Below, in pieces: positions 22,511 through 33,575 of a stretch of DNA of 64,000 nucleotides (position 1 is its first letter; each line of letters begins with the position of its first letter). The stretch comes from Mantamonas sphyraenae STR306 (lineage: Eukaryota; Protista; CRuMs). Under the pieces are notes generated by a model that worked only from the letters and a program-made list of their open reading frames with translations, was not told the DNA's origin and did not search any database. The position numbers were made by a program, and so were the translations under genes. The stretch is from contig JAPMXV010000034.1 of assembly GCA_026936335.1 (NCBI GenBank), forward strand, positions 675,906 to 739,905. Reading direction: 5' to 3'.

Positions 22511-25444
22511 TCACCGTTTCGTGTTGCCTTTTGCGTGAGCTCTGCGAGAAGACATGCGCTTTGAGGTGGAGTCAAGCAGTCTGTCATGGAGGGTAAAGTC
22601 GGCAGAGGAGGCTAGGAGGCCGATTCCTGCAATGGTGGAGCCTGTAGAGCTTGCAACAGACGCTGGAGGCCGAGGAGGTTGAAGGCGCGAGGAGGCACGC
22701 TGGAGCACGGGTGTGGCTGCTTCACTGGCACTGTCGCTGGCTGTGTCGCCGCCGGCGCTGGAAGCGTGGACGAGGACGTTGAGGAGGGCTCCAGGCGGCA
22801 GGATGTTTTTCACAACCGCCTGCACGTTCATCTTGACCTTGCTAACAATGGACTCGGTGCTCATGAGGCGAGAGCAAAACCCGTCTCGCTCGAGATACAT
22901 GCGGCATGTGCGGTACAAGGCTTGGAAGCAGTCTTTGAACAAGGAGTGCTTCGATCCAAGCAGTGCCGTCAGCTCGTCCATGATTGCATTCTTGAGCACC
23001 TTTTTGTTGGCAGTCTCCTCTGTGGAGATCTTCTTTGCCTTCTTCTTGCCCCCTTTGCTGGTGCTGGCTGTGGTGGTGGTGGTGGCTGTGGTGGTGGCTG
23101 TGGTGGTCATGGAGCGTCGGCGCGAGCGTTCCAGCTGTTTGAGCTTTTCGCTGGTCGAGGGTGCAGCCGTGGTACGTGTGACCTTTGGAACGTTCGGTGT
23201 TGGACTTTTTGCGTCGAGATGGCGCTTGGAGGTGTGTTGCGAGTCGGCCAAGCTCTCGAGGTCGTTGCGGATGAGGTTGTCACGAAGGTCGCAGATGTAG
23301 GCGTCGACGTCCGGGGATTGAAAGAGTCCTGCGCAGTAGCTGATGCCATGTGTGTTGTACTCCATGATCTTCGGGTAGGGGATGTGTTGGCGACGAGCCA
23401 TTTCGGCTCGCCAAGTGCGCGAAAAGGCGGTTGCTGGCGAAACATGCTCGCTGACTTCCACGTCCATTTCGGCGTGGGCAATCTGTTCGTAGTTGAGAAA
23501 AGTGTGGCCCTGAAGATGGGATGGCCGCGGCACGAGGGAATGTGTGCGTGTGTGGCTTGGTTGCATGGCCTGTCGTCCACTCTGCAGCACTAGGGTCTCT
23601 TTCAGCGCCCCGTTCTCGTCCACCATTGCCACGAGGTCCTCCAAACTGTTCCAGTTGCGTGGTCGTGACCTTGGTTTTCGTTTGGGAGACGTGGATCCCC
23701 GCTCGCGGCGTTGGGCGTGACTGCGACGCTTGAGTTGCAGTTTCTCGGCTAGCATCCGTTGGCGTTCCTGTGCCTCCTCCACTTGCTTGCTGCCGTACTT
23801 TTGGCGCTGCATCTCCTGCCAGGCCTCTCTGTTGACAGCCCAGCGCGTCTCGTCCTCCAGGGTGTCGCTGCTGGCCGTCTGGCGCGAGGCGACGGCTCGG
23901 GCCATGTGACACAGGCCCTGGGATAGCTGTGCCTCCAGGTCAGAATTCTGTGTGGTGGCGACCACGGTTTGGATGCGCTGCCTCTTCAAGGGAGGAGCGG
24001 ACATGTCGTCCAAGGGTCGCTTGCGCGCAGCCTGTGTGGCGTCGGGGAGACTGGCCAGCATGCGAACGAGGATGCGCATGTGCCTGTTCAGGGCTACGTT
24101 GCCGTCTGCGATCATGTCTGAAGCCGTTTGGGAGCTGGTAGAGGCGAGAGAAGAGGAGGACATAGCCTCCTGGAGTAGTGAGAGACCATCGATTGCGCGA
24201 GAGCGCTTGGAAGGTCGAGCACGGACGCTTCGGGCAACCTCATTGGCCGATGTGAGCTGACTAAGGCGACGAGCAATGCTTGCGTTGAGTTGGAATGGCT
24301 GTACGAACTGTTGCGCATGCCATTGGCCATGCATGCGGTAGAGGAGGATCAAAGGTGCCCTGCGGTTGAGCCTGGCTGCGAGCATTTTCCAAGCATGTTG
24401 GTCGCCGGTGGTGAGAGTGGACGCACCTGTTGCTGTGGTTTGGTCGCGCCAGTGTTCAAACCAGGGTCCCTGCTTGCCCTGGTGCCACGTGTGGCTGCGC
24501 TGAAGCGAAGCAACATCCACGACCCCCCGAAGGACAATGCCCAAGTTCACATCGGCCTGGGTGTGCAGCAAATGCATCCATGCACGTGTGTGCGCACAGG
24601 AATCACCTGTGTGAACGTGTACCGTCCAGCTATGGCCTCCGAGGGAAGAGAAAGGAAACGCATCGAGATCGATCGTCTGCAGCACACGCAGTTCGCTGTA
24701 GGAGGCAAGATGAACCTTTTCACTGGGCTCTATGCCTTTCGTTGCACATAGTTGCACGCCGTCGAGACGCAGCTGGGCACACTTGATAGGGCCGTGCCAG
24801 ACAAGAGCCGCGTTGACAAAGGAGGCGTCCCAGTCGGTAAGGCGGACCATATCAAAGGTTTCCACAAGCCCAGCGACGTCGCGTGGAGGGTTGCCATCCA
24901 ACGGAGCACAGATCAGCGGGGCAGCAGTGTGCCATTGCTGTACACGCCGCAGAAGGCCGTAGATGGCCAGCCCGGCGTCGCTGCGGGCGGTGGCTTTGCC
25001 ATCCGAGGCCCAGCACACATGCAGCATGCTTTCGGGAGGCACTTGGTCCAGGAGCGTGTGCGCATATGTTTCCATAGCCGAGACGAGGAGGCTGTCACGG
25101 ACAGACGTCTGATCAGCGCGGAGCGCCCAGCTTACGAGACTCTCCTCTGCGCTTTGGAGGTCCTTCCAACCCAGTAGCGGGCTGTTTTCGTATAACTGTG
25201 CTCCTTGGTCCTCCAGAGGGACGAGGGAGGCGAGACCTTGTGAGGGATCGAGGTGGAGGGCCTCGAGGACCAGGGCGCCGTCGGCAAGTGCCCACCGCAC
25301 GGCGCCATGAACATCCCAGAGACCAGGGGCGTTGTCACGGACGTGTGTGCAGGCCGATTGGATCAGAGATGCAATCTCATCACCAGCGCAGGTTCCATCA
25401 TGGAGAACCAGGCAGAACAACCTGCGTTCTCCGGACCGGGACAT
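22511..25444 (-). CDS. MTBP: MTBP/Sld7-like replication-initiation factor
   Basis: IPYPKIMEYNTHGISYC..DLRDNLIRND resembles the MTBP middle motif as I recall it (LPFEKA..YHGIEYC..LQSRLIRYE). The C-terminal NKKVLKNAIMDEL..HSLFKDCFQALYRTCRMYL..KMNVQAVV resembles the MTBP/Sld7 C-terminal domain. Confidence 0.65.
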   Translation of the reverse strand: MSRSGERRLFCLVLHDGTCAGDEIASLIQSACTHVRDNAPGLWDVHGAVRWALADGALVLEALHLDPSQGLASLVPLEDQGAQLYENSPLLGWKDLQSAEESLVSWALRADQTSVRDSLLVSAMETYAHTLLDQVPPESMLHVCWASDGKATARSDAGLAIYGLLRRVQQWHTAAPLICAPLDGNPPRDVAGLVETFDMVRLTDWDASFVNAALVWHGPIKCAQLRLDGVQLCATKGIEPSEKVHLASYSELRVLQTIDLDAFPFSSLGGHSWTVHVHTGDSCAHTRAWMHLLHTQADVNLGIVLRGVVDVASLQRSHTWHQGKQGPWFEHWRDQTTATGASTLTTGDQHAWKMLAARLNRRAPLILLYRMHGQWHAQQFVQPFQLNASIARRLSQLTSANEVARSVRARPSKRSRAIDGLSLLQEAMSSSSLASTSSQTASDMIADGNVALNRHMRILVRMLASLPDATQAARKRPLDDMSAPPLKRQRIQTVVATTQNSDLEAQLSQGLCHMARAVASRQTASSDTLEDETRWAVNREAWQEMQRQKYGSKQVEEAQERQRMLAEKLQLKRRSHAQRRERGSTSPKRKPRSRPRNWNSLEDLVAMVDENGALKETLVLQSGRQAMQPSHTRTHSLVPRPSHLQGHTFLNYEQIAHAEMDVEVSEHVSPATAFSRTWRAEMARRQHIPYPKIMEYNTHGISYCAGLFQSPDVDAYICDLRDNLIRNDLESLADSQHTSKRHLDAKSPTPNVPKVTRTTAAPSTSEKLKQLERSRRRSMTTTATTTATTTTTASTSKGGKKKAKKISTEETANKKVLKNAIMDELTALLGSKHSLFKDCFQALYRTCRMYLERDGFCSRLMSTESIVSKVKMNVQAVVKNILPPGALLNVLVHASSAGGDTASDSASEAATPVLQRASSRLQPPRPPASVASSTGSTIAGIGLLASSADFTLHDRLLDSTSKRMSSRRAHAKGNTKR

Positions 25445-25508
25445 GTTTGGGTGGAGTGGTGCAGTGGGTGTGAGGATAGAAGATTGCAAGTGACCCTTCT
25501 CAAGGTAT

Positions 25509-26977
25509 TCATTTGTCCCTTCGCCGCATGGGAGAGTTTGCACTGTGGTGCATGCTCATCGAACGTGGCCGGCGTTTGCCGCCGACACTGGAATGCGCCT
25601 GCGGGTTTTCGTATGCGTTGAGAATGCTCTCGACGAGTTTTTCGGCTCGCGGCGAGGCTGTTTCGCTGCTGTGACCGCGCTGAAAGCTGCGGAACGATCC
25701 TGAACGGTTCATGGGAGCTCGCGGAGAGGCGTAGGCAGAGGAGGAGTTGCTTGTCGTGCTGGATGAGATGACAGAGGAGGAAGAAGAGGAGGAGGAAGAG
25801 GTGCCGGCGCGATAGGTGCCATTCATCATGGATTCGCCGAGGGTGGCAAACTTCTTGTTGAGCTCCTCGGCTTTGGAAGACTTGCGTCGGGCTTGGACGC
25901 CGTATACGTTGCGCTTCCACTTGGCCGTCTTGTCGCCGGTAGAGGCAGCACTCTCGAGGACCTTTTTTCGGAAGGCGCGTGTGAATCCGCCCAGAGCCTG
26001 CTGGTGGGCGTCGTCGGATTCGTCGCTGCTCCAGGAGCTGACCGTGTCTGATCGCGTGCGTGTGGAGGCAGTGCTGTCACTGAGATTAGAGGCTGATCGA
26101 CCTCGTCGGTTCTTGCGGTGCTGCGGAATGTGGAGGTCGCCCAGGTCGAGGGTGTGTGGTCCCTGCTTTGCGTTCTTTCCGTTGGCCGCGTTTTTCTTTG
26201 CCGAACGCTGCTCATGCTCACGGGCACGGACACGGCTGTGATTGTTGATGCCAAAAACCATGCGCACGCGCTCAAATGGCAGCCCTTGTGCATGCTGTGA
26301 GAGTGAGACAGACGTCCAACCGCGGTGGGACGACGAACGGGTGAGTGGGCTGTGCGCCAAACAACGCGACCCTGCCGTGTTACACTTGAACACACACACA
26401 CACACACATACCTCGCCAGTGCGCAGGGTTTTGATCATTGCGCTCTTCTTTTGTCCCTGTTCCTCGAGGTGGGCCATCTGCAGCAGACATTGGCGTTTCT
26501 CTTCCTCAAGTTTCCACAGGACCTCCTTCAGCTCAGCAATCTCGCGGTAGAGCTGGTCGACAGTGAGAGACTGCATGTGCGTGTGGGTTTCTGCGCATAA
26601 AGAGGAGGAGGAGGAAGGGACGTGGCAATGGGTGAGCAATGGAAGAATAATGATGAAGGGAGGGGAGTGAGAGCCGTGGAGAGAAACGCACGCTCGTGGT
26701 CGCGCTGGCACTCTTCTGAGCAGAACCGATATGTTTTAGAATCCCCAAGTTTGGTGACAATGACACCCCCACATTCTTCACACGTCTGTCTGCTTGTTTT
26801 GCGCAGTTTGGCGTCTTTCTCGGCCTCCCATTGCTTGACAAGGCTCTGGTGCGCTTCTCGCACGGCAGTGTCCTGACCCAGCTCCCGCAACTGAGACATA
26901 AGTGTCTCGTCCTCGTCATGGTTGCTGTTTGAGGGCGACAGCATCTTGCCGTCGACGGTGCGGCGGCGAAGAAGCAT
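25509..26977 (-). CDS. Hypothetical protein with FCS/TRASH-type zinc finger, coiled coil and basic Ser-rich tail (introns 26591-26691, 26295-26411)
   Basis: CEECGG..YRFCSEECQRDH; the GTGCGT..GCGCAG intron joins the two overlapping ORFs in frame. Confidence 0.6.
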
Positions 26978-27005
26978 GGTGCAGAGTTGGCAGCGCCGGC
27001 GCGGC

Positions 27006-27673
27006 TCAATCAAGACCATCGCCCTCGCTCTGTGCGTCCACCACGCCGTTGTTGCTTGCAATGAGCCCTGTCTTTTCACGCATGTGCTGCAGGGCATCGA
27101 GGTAGCGCTGGAACTTGGCAAGAAGAAGTGGTACGGATTCCAGCTGGCCAAGCTCGGTCATGGTCAGGTCCTCGGCATACTTGATGACGTCCAGGCGGTC
27201 CTGCAGAGCGCTAAGCTCAGTGGAGCTGTTTTTGAGAAGCTCTTTGAGGTCTTGCTGGTGCTCGAGCTCGACGAGAACCGAGGAACCGACAACAGGCTGC
27301 TCCAGATAGGCAATGATTGTCTCCTTTCCCTCGAGCACCTGGCGCAAGGAAGTGGTGATCGTCTGCGCGGTGGCGAGCTTGTCCTCTGCAGCGAGTAGGG
27401 CAAAGGCATGAGCTGGAGCGTGGGGGGCGGGGAAATTGGCGGGCTTTGGGGCGGATTCTTGTACGTACCGAGGGCACCACTCTGGGTCAGGTCGTGTGTT
27501 TCGTTGCCTTGGTAGAACTCGAGGTGTTGCAACTGCAGAGAGTCAAGCTGCTCCTGCAGCATGCTGAGCTGGCTGAGTGTGTCGACGAGGAGGGCGGAGG
27601 AAGACTCTTGGCCAAAGGCGTGCGGGTCCTCAGCAATGCCAAGCTCCCTTGCTTTGTCGAGGATGAGATCCAT
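27006..27673 (-). CDS. HAUS2: Augmin/HAUS complex subunit 2-like (one intron, ~27386-27468)
   Basis: Spliced product ETHDLTQSGALEDKL..LRQVLEGKETIIAYLEQP..VLVELEHQ matches the HAUS2 pattern as I recall it. Confidence 0.7.
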
Positions 27674-27764
27674 GGGTGGGGGTGCGTACGTGCGTGCGTG
27701 GTGAGTTGGTGGCAGGGGCGCCGGGGCAAGCAGACGAAGAACGTCAGCAATGGCAGGGTTGAGA

Positions 27765-28529
27765 ATGCGCGTGGGGCTTGCTTTGGTTGTGGTTGCTGCT
27801 GTGGTGCATACATGCATGGCACAGGCGGAGTGTGTGGCCACGCAGGAAGAGCTGACGTGGGATTTCACGTCGATTCGAAACAACCAATACGAAACGACAA
27901 CGGAGCTGGCGCCATTTGGAAACACAACGGTGCGCGTGACGCTTTGCACGCGTGTAGAGACAGAAGCTGTGAGCGGGAGCATGTTTGGGTACAACTGGGG
28001 CGTGATGGCACAGTTTGACAAGACGGAGGGGGCGGCGAACTTTACTCAGCAATACCGGCCCGGGGATGCAGGAGCGCCGTGCCAGCGAGGGCGCAAGGCA
28101 ACGGTAAAGCTGAGTTGCGGATCATGCGGATTCAATCGCACGTGCATGAGCGGGGACATTGTGCACGGTTGTCTGTGTGCTGTGGACATGAACGACGGGG
28201 CGTGCGCGCTGGACATTACGTTGGGACTGATTTGCCCGCCAGGAAAGCAAGTGGTGCATCCTGTGAGGCCGCCAGTGAAACCCGGGAAGCCACCCAACAA
28301 CGTGGGGGACATTGTACAGGCCATAGTGTTCTCTGTGCTTGGGTTCGGGGCTGCGTTTCTTCTGGCCGGCACCATCTACAACTTCAAGGTGAATGACAAG
28401 CACGGCATGGACGCGGTACCAGGTTGGACGTACTGCCTGTCGTGTGCCAACCGTGTGGACGGCGGGCACACGTTCCATGCACGTGCAGGTGAGCATCGAT
28501 ACGGGAGTCTGCACGCCGACAGACCTTGA
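27765..28529 (+). CDS. MRH-domain type I membrane protein (CD-M6PR/ATG27-like)
   Basis: Signal peptide; YRPGD..C..GRKATVKLSC (MRH); TM followed by GTIYNFKV..GMDAVPGW; YGSL sorting motif. Confidence 0.7.
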   Translation: MRVGLALVVVAAVVHTCMAQAECVATQEELTWDFTSIRNNQYETTTELAPFGNTTVRVTLCTRVETEAVSGSMFGYNWGVMAQFDKTEGAANFTQQYRPGDAGAPCQRGRKATVKLSCGSCGFNRTCMSGDIVHGCLCAVDMNDGACALDITLGLICPPGKQVVHPVRPPVKPGKPPNNVGDIVQAIVFSVLGFGAAFLLAGTIYNFKVNDKHGMDAVPGWTYCLSCANRVDGGHTFHARAGEHRYGSLHADRP

Positions 28530-28676
28530 GCGCGTCGCGCGTGTCAGGGGTGTGTCCCGTTGTGGGAGGGAGAAAGGAGAGGGTGGAGAAGAGAGGAAAT
28601 GGACGACAATCCTATGGAGTGCAGTGTGCAGTGGATGCGTGAACTGTGGCAGGACAAATCAAGGTGGAGCGTTGAG

Positions 28677-29929
28677 ATGTCGTCGTCGTCGTCGTCGTCG
28701 TCGTCGGGCGATGCGCAGCGCATGCTGATCATAGAACCCTTCTATGGAGGCTCGCACAAGCAGCTTGTGGACTTACTGTGCTCAAATTATCCCGAAGCGG
28801 ACTGTGTGACGATGGCAGCGCGCAAGTGGCATTGGCGAGTGCGTTCGTCGTCGGTGTTGCTAGCGCAGCGGTTGGCGGACGAGTACGAGGGTGAGGAGTG
28901 GGACGTCGTGTTTGTGTCGAGCATGTGCAACCTTGGCGAGCTGCTAGGCGTTGCGCCTCAGCTCAACTCAGCTCGGAAGGTGCTGTACTTCCACGAGAAC
29001 CAGCTTGCGTATCCGACACGGACTGAGGACATGGGACAGCGTGCAGATGGTCACTGGGACGTGCAATTTGGGTGGGCACACGTGGTGTCGTGTGTGGCAG
29101 CCGACTGTGTGCTTTGGAACTCGGCGTACAACCGGGACAGCTTCCTGAGGCCGTTCCCAAGATGCTAAAAAGCATGGGGGACTGCAAACCCAAAGGGATG
29201 GTGGAACTGATCCAGGAAAAGTCGCAGGTGCTGTACTTTCCGCTGCAGCTGTCGCAGCTGGTGCTCGAGCACGGCGTTCAGGCACTCGAGAACTGCGACG
29301 ATGAACCGTCGGATGAACCGTCGCGCAAGAGGCAGATGGTGGAGCAGGCGAGCGAGAACAAATGCACGCGCACAGGCGAGGTACTGCATGTGGTGTGGCC
29401 GCACAGGTGGGAGTATGACAAGGCGCCTCAAGACTTTTTCGAAGCGGTGAAGCGGCTGGCAGAGAGTGGCCATGCGTTGCGACTCTCTGTGTTGGGCGAG
29501 CGGTTTGCAAACACACCTGGGGTGTTTGAAGAGATGCACACGTGGCTGGAAGAGCAAGATGGGGGTGTGGAAGTTGCGCACTGGGGCTACCTGGACTCGA
29601 AAGAGGAATACTACCAGGTGCTTGCGTCAGCGGATGTGGTGGTGTCGACTGCAGAGCACGAGTTTTTCGGAGTAAGCACTCTGGAGGCGACGGCACTGGG
29701 CTGCTATCCGCTGGTGCCAAACAGGCTGGCATACGTGGAGGTGTATCCGGAGCAGTGCCGGTTCAACACGACGACGCAATTGTTCCGGCGGCTGCGCGAA
29801 TACTGCCGGTATCCACAACGATGTCGCGATCAAACTGGCGTGGTGTTGGACGAGGTGGATGTGATGCAGTATGATTGGGAGACCACACTGCGTGAGGCGT
29901 TTGCAAAGATTGTTTGCGGCGGAAAGTGA
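28677..29929 (+). CDS. GTDC1: tRNA-queuosine alpha-mannosyltransferase-like (DUF3524 + GT-B); 1-nt frameshift at ~29147
   Basis: EPFYGGSHKQL, ARKWHWR, YFHENQLAYP, WPHRWEYDK, STAEHEFFGVS, PNRLAY.E. Two overlapping ORFs are joined if one G is restored (CTG GAG GCC). Confidence 0.85.
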
Positions 29930-30541
29930 GCTTGCGGAGATGTGGGGCTGGAACTCACTGAATGTTGGCAGGCGGAGCTTGGTTGAAATGGAAGGGAGGG
30001 GAAAAGATGGGTTGGTGTGTGCGTGCTCAGTGGTGGTGTCTCGAGAGATGGATTGGCAGGTTCAAAAGCAGACGCGAGCGTGGTGCGCCATCGCAAGCAA
30101 CCCGGAATCGCCGCGTCGCAGCACATTGCAGCCCAATGAGCCGAGTCAGCAGCACATCCAGTAGCAGCAGTAGCAGCAGTGGAAGCAGCCGGAGCGGCCA
30201 TGGGAGTGCTGCGACGACGGGGGTTCCATTTCTGGTTGGGCCACGCAGGCAAGGGAGGGTGGGCACAGAGACGAGCCATGCGATGATTGCAAGGGGGAGC
30301 CGAAGGCTCCATCGCACAGCCTTCCGTGTGGGCCAGTGCGAGGATGTGCTCGAGTCAGGTTCCGGCAGCAACTGGGCTTCGTTTCTCGGAAGCCTGTGAT
30401 GATTGTGAGGCTCATGGGGAAGACTCGTGGTGGTAAGGGAAGATGGAAAAGTTGGGATGCAAGGGGTGTTGAGGCCATGTGCAGTGGATGGCGCCGGGGC
30501 ACGCAAACGAAAACAAAAACACAGTTCATTCTTGAATCATC

Positions 30542-31662
30542 ATGGAGCTGGAAGACACGCGCACGTCGTCATCATCGTCGTCGTCGTCATCGTCTTCATC
30601 ATCGTCTTCGTCAGCCTCGCAGCAGCTGTCGCAGCTGTCGGCGAACTTTACCACGCCGAGCTCGTCGCCCATGAAGCGGGCTCGCCGAAAGCAGCGGCTG
30701 CGGGAGAGCTCGTCGTCACAGGGAGGTGGAAAACAATCATCGAAGGACGGGCCCAGGGTGTTTGAAGCCAAACTGGACAATGTACAGGTGATGACGACGC
30801 TGCTGGGGGCCATTACGTTGGGCAAGGAGCAGGTGGCAACGGTGGCGGTGAGCGAACAGGGAGTGCAAATAACGTGCGACCACGACTCGAAAAGCATGCA
30901 AGCACATGCATTCCTGAACAAGGGCGTGTTTGCCGAGTTTTCCTTCCTGCCCGAGCAGTGGGATGCGTCGCGCGCCGACGCTGAGGAAGGCGACGGAGTC
31001 TTCTTTGGTGTCAGCCTGCCCATCCTGCTCTCCTGCCTGTCCATTTTCGGCTCGTCGTCGCTGGTGAGCGTACACATGTCCTACCGTGCGTACGGGAGTC
31101 CGCTGGTGCTGGTGTAAGTTGCACGGCGCCGGGTGTTCCCGATTCCCGATTCCCGATTCCTGATCACTCACCTGGCAACCCGCGGCACAGTTTGGAAGAG
31201 AACCAGGCTGTGACGGAGTGCGAAATCAAAACGCTGGAGTGCCAACCGGCCACAGCATTCAACTTTCTGGGTTCAGCCGTTGTGACCAAGATGGTGATGG
31301 CGAGCGGGTGGCTGAAGGAAGCCATCCAGGAGCTGGACTTTTCGGCGGATCTGGTGAACATTCTGACTTCACCGCAGTCACCGTTCTTCCAGCTGAGCAC
31401 AAGCAGCCCATCCGCAACCTGCGAGGTGGAGTATCCCAATCCTCAAGGCAGTAGCGACGTGTTTGACGAGTTTGCCTGCTCCGAAGAAAGGAGCCACAGC
31501 TACAAACTGCAGCTTGTGCAGCCTGCAGTCAAGGCACTGCAACACGCCACCAAAACGTCTGTGCGTGTCAACGACGCAGGCATGCTCAACCTTCAACACA
31601 TGGTGGCGCTGGACGGCGCGCCCGTTTCGTTTATGGATTTTTTTGTCTGCTCTGTGGCGTGA
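30542..31662 (+). CDS. RAD1: 9-1-1 checkpoint clamp subunit RAD1 (intron 31114-31190)
   Basis: FEAKLDNV..KSMQAHAFLNKGVFAEF..LLSCLSIFG..YRAYGSPLVL|LEEN..TECEIKT..KTSVRVNDAGMLNLQHM. Confidence 0.88.
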
Positions 31663-31741
31663 TGTGGGTGGCCAAGAACGGAAGGGAGAGGCGCATGTGG
31701 TAGATGTGTACTTCAAATGAACACACGTGCGGTGGGACAGT

Positions 31742-32089
31742 TCATGCCTCCACAATGGTGGTGTCGTAGCCGCCCTCTTCGATCACGCTCTTGATGGTCT
31801 CGGCGTCCGTTTCCGTCCACACTTCCACCGTCTTGCTGTCGAGGTCGATTTCAAACTTGTCGACACCTGGGCGAGTGTGGCCACCAAAAGGGAGCACGGC
31901 GGATAAAGGTGTGCGGGCGGACGTGCCGCGGCGACGTGTCAGCTTGGGGCTCGGGGTGGGCGGATTTGCGGAAAAGAGGGCAGCTTTTGACATACCCTCC
32001 TGCTTCTCGAGGATCTTGCGCACTTTCTTCTCGCAGTTGCCGCAGCTCATGGCAACGGTAAAGACGTGCTTGTTTGCTTCGCTAGACAT
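31742..32089 (-). CDS. ATOX1: Copper chaperone ATX1/ATOX1 (HMA domain; intron 31867-31995)
   Basis: HVFTVAMSCGNC (MxCxxC) followed by GVDKFEIDLDSKTVEV. Confidence 0.85.
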   Translation of the reverse strand: MSSEANKHVFTVAMSCGNCEKKVRKILEKQEGMSKAALFSANPPTPSPKLTRRRGTSARTPLSAVLPFGGHTRPGVDKFEIDLDSKTVEVWTETDAETIKSVIEEGGYDTTIVEA

Positions 32090-32182
32090 GGGTGGAGACG
32101 GGGTGTTTCGTTGGGTTTGTGGGTGTGGGTTTTGTTTGGATGCTTCTGCGGCCCGTTTGCGTTGCGTGGGTGTGGTTTTGCA

Positions 32183-33544
32183 TCAGGCCATGGTGGCAAG
32201 AGCAGCGAGGAAAGCCAACAAGAAGGCGAGGAGGACTGAGGGCTGGATCCAGGAGGCGGAGCTCGCGATGTTGAGGCAGTTGTCCGTGTTGAGGACCTCG
32301 ATGGTGGTGCTGCCCGGAGCATGGAGGGCATTGACACAGAACTGCTGGGCGGTCGTGTAGATGGTTTCGAAGCGCTCGGCGCTGTCGTTGTCCTTGATTC
32401 CCTTGCAGGCATTCCAAATGAGGTCACAGGTGGGCTTGCACAGACCGAGCTTGGTGTATGTGCCGAGGCCGCCGCCGACGGTGTCATTGATGCGGATGTA
32501 CTTGGAGGCATCGGGGGAGCAGGCGGAACAGGTGACCATGGTGGCGTAGAAGTAGCAGGCGGTCTCGTTGCTGACGCGCCTCTGGAGAGAGGTTGCGGGC
32601 GGGGTTGCGTCTGCCTCTGCAGCTGTGCAGCACGAGTTGTTGCTAAACTCCATGCAGTACTGGTTGGGTTGGGGCACGGGCATTTGCGGGACAAACAGGC
32701 TGGTGGACGGGCACTGGTCGAGCGTGGAGCCCCAGGCAAGCTGGAAGCCCGAGCTGACATACTTTGCAGTGACACCGCCGGTGTAGGAGAGGCGCACTGT
32801 GATCTCCTTGGCGGTGTTGGTGAGGCCCGAGGTGATGTAGGTGGTGGACGGGAAGGAGGAGGCAGAGGTGAAAGTGGTGTCTGTGGTGCCGGTAGTTCCG
32901 TTGCGGCTCAGCGTGAGGCTGAAGGGCCCATGGATGGCAAAGTTGGAGAAACGAGCAAACAGCTGCTTCTTGGAGTTGTCCACAGTGACCTTGATGCGCC
33001 AGACGCAGTCGGCGGGCACGGCGAGACCGTTCCCTGGATACACCAACTCGCCCGAAATGGACCCACTGTGGATGTGTGCCATCCGTTGTGCGCAGGGATG
33101 CGGTGGGTACATCGTGTGTCAGTCGAGAAAGCGGGTTGGCATGCGTGTGGAGCCAGCACAACGGCGTGTCGGCGCGTGTGAATAGCAGCGCTTGTTTTGG
33201 CGGGCTGGCAATCACCCACCCACACACACACACACACAGCCACAGGCCGTTCCACAGCGCGTCCACAGGCAGATCGCAGGGAGCGTGTTTGCAATTGCGT
33301 GGTGGGTTGCGTGACGAGGGGTGTGTGTGTGGCTCGGCCACAGTGTGCTGCGTGTCCTTGGCGAGGTGCCGTGGAGCGTCAAACTGGATTCGGGGAGGAA
33401 GCGTGTGTGGCAAAGGCAAACGCGGCGTGCGCAACGCGCTCAAACGAACCTCTGCGCAGAGAGAATCTCTTCGGCGGGGCAGTTTGCGTGTGCGCCAGCC
33501 AGCAAAAGGGTGGCGAGCAAGAGGACAACGCAAGGAAAGCGCAT
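32183..33544 (-). CDS. Putative GPI-anchored CUB-like + folate-receptor-like Cys-rich protein, copy 1 (intron 33066-33449)
   Basis: Signal exon MRFPCVVLLLATLLLAGAHANC; SGSI..DCVWRIKV..GFQLAW (CUB-like); YC.EFSNNSCCT..CSACSP..LCKPTCDLIWNAC..FC (Folate_rec-like); hydrophobic C-terminus. Confidence 0.72.
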
Positions 33545-33575
33545 TGAAGTGGGTGTTTTTGTTGGGTGGGTCGGC

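Noticed and set aside
29140-29170. Programmed ribosomal frameshifting at the broken genes
   Set aside because: No shared slippery heptamer or stimulatory structure is evident, and the indels go in both directions; sequencing error is simpler.
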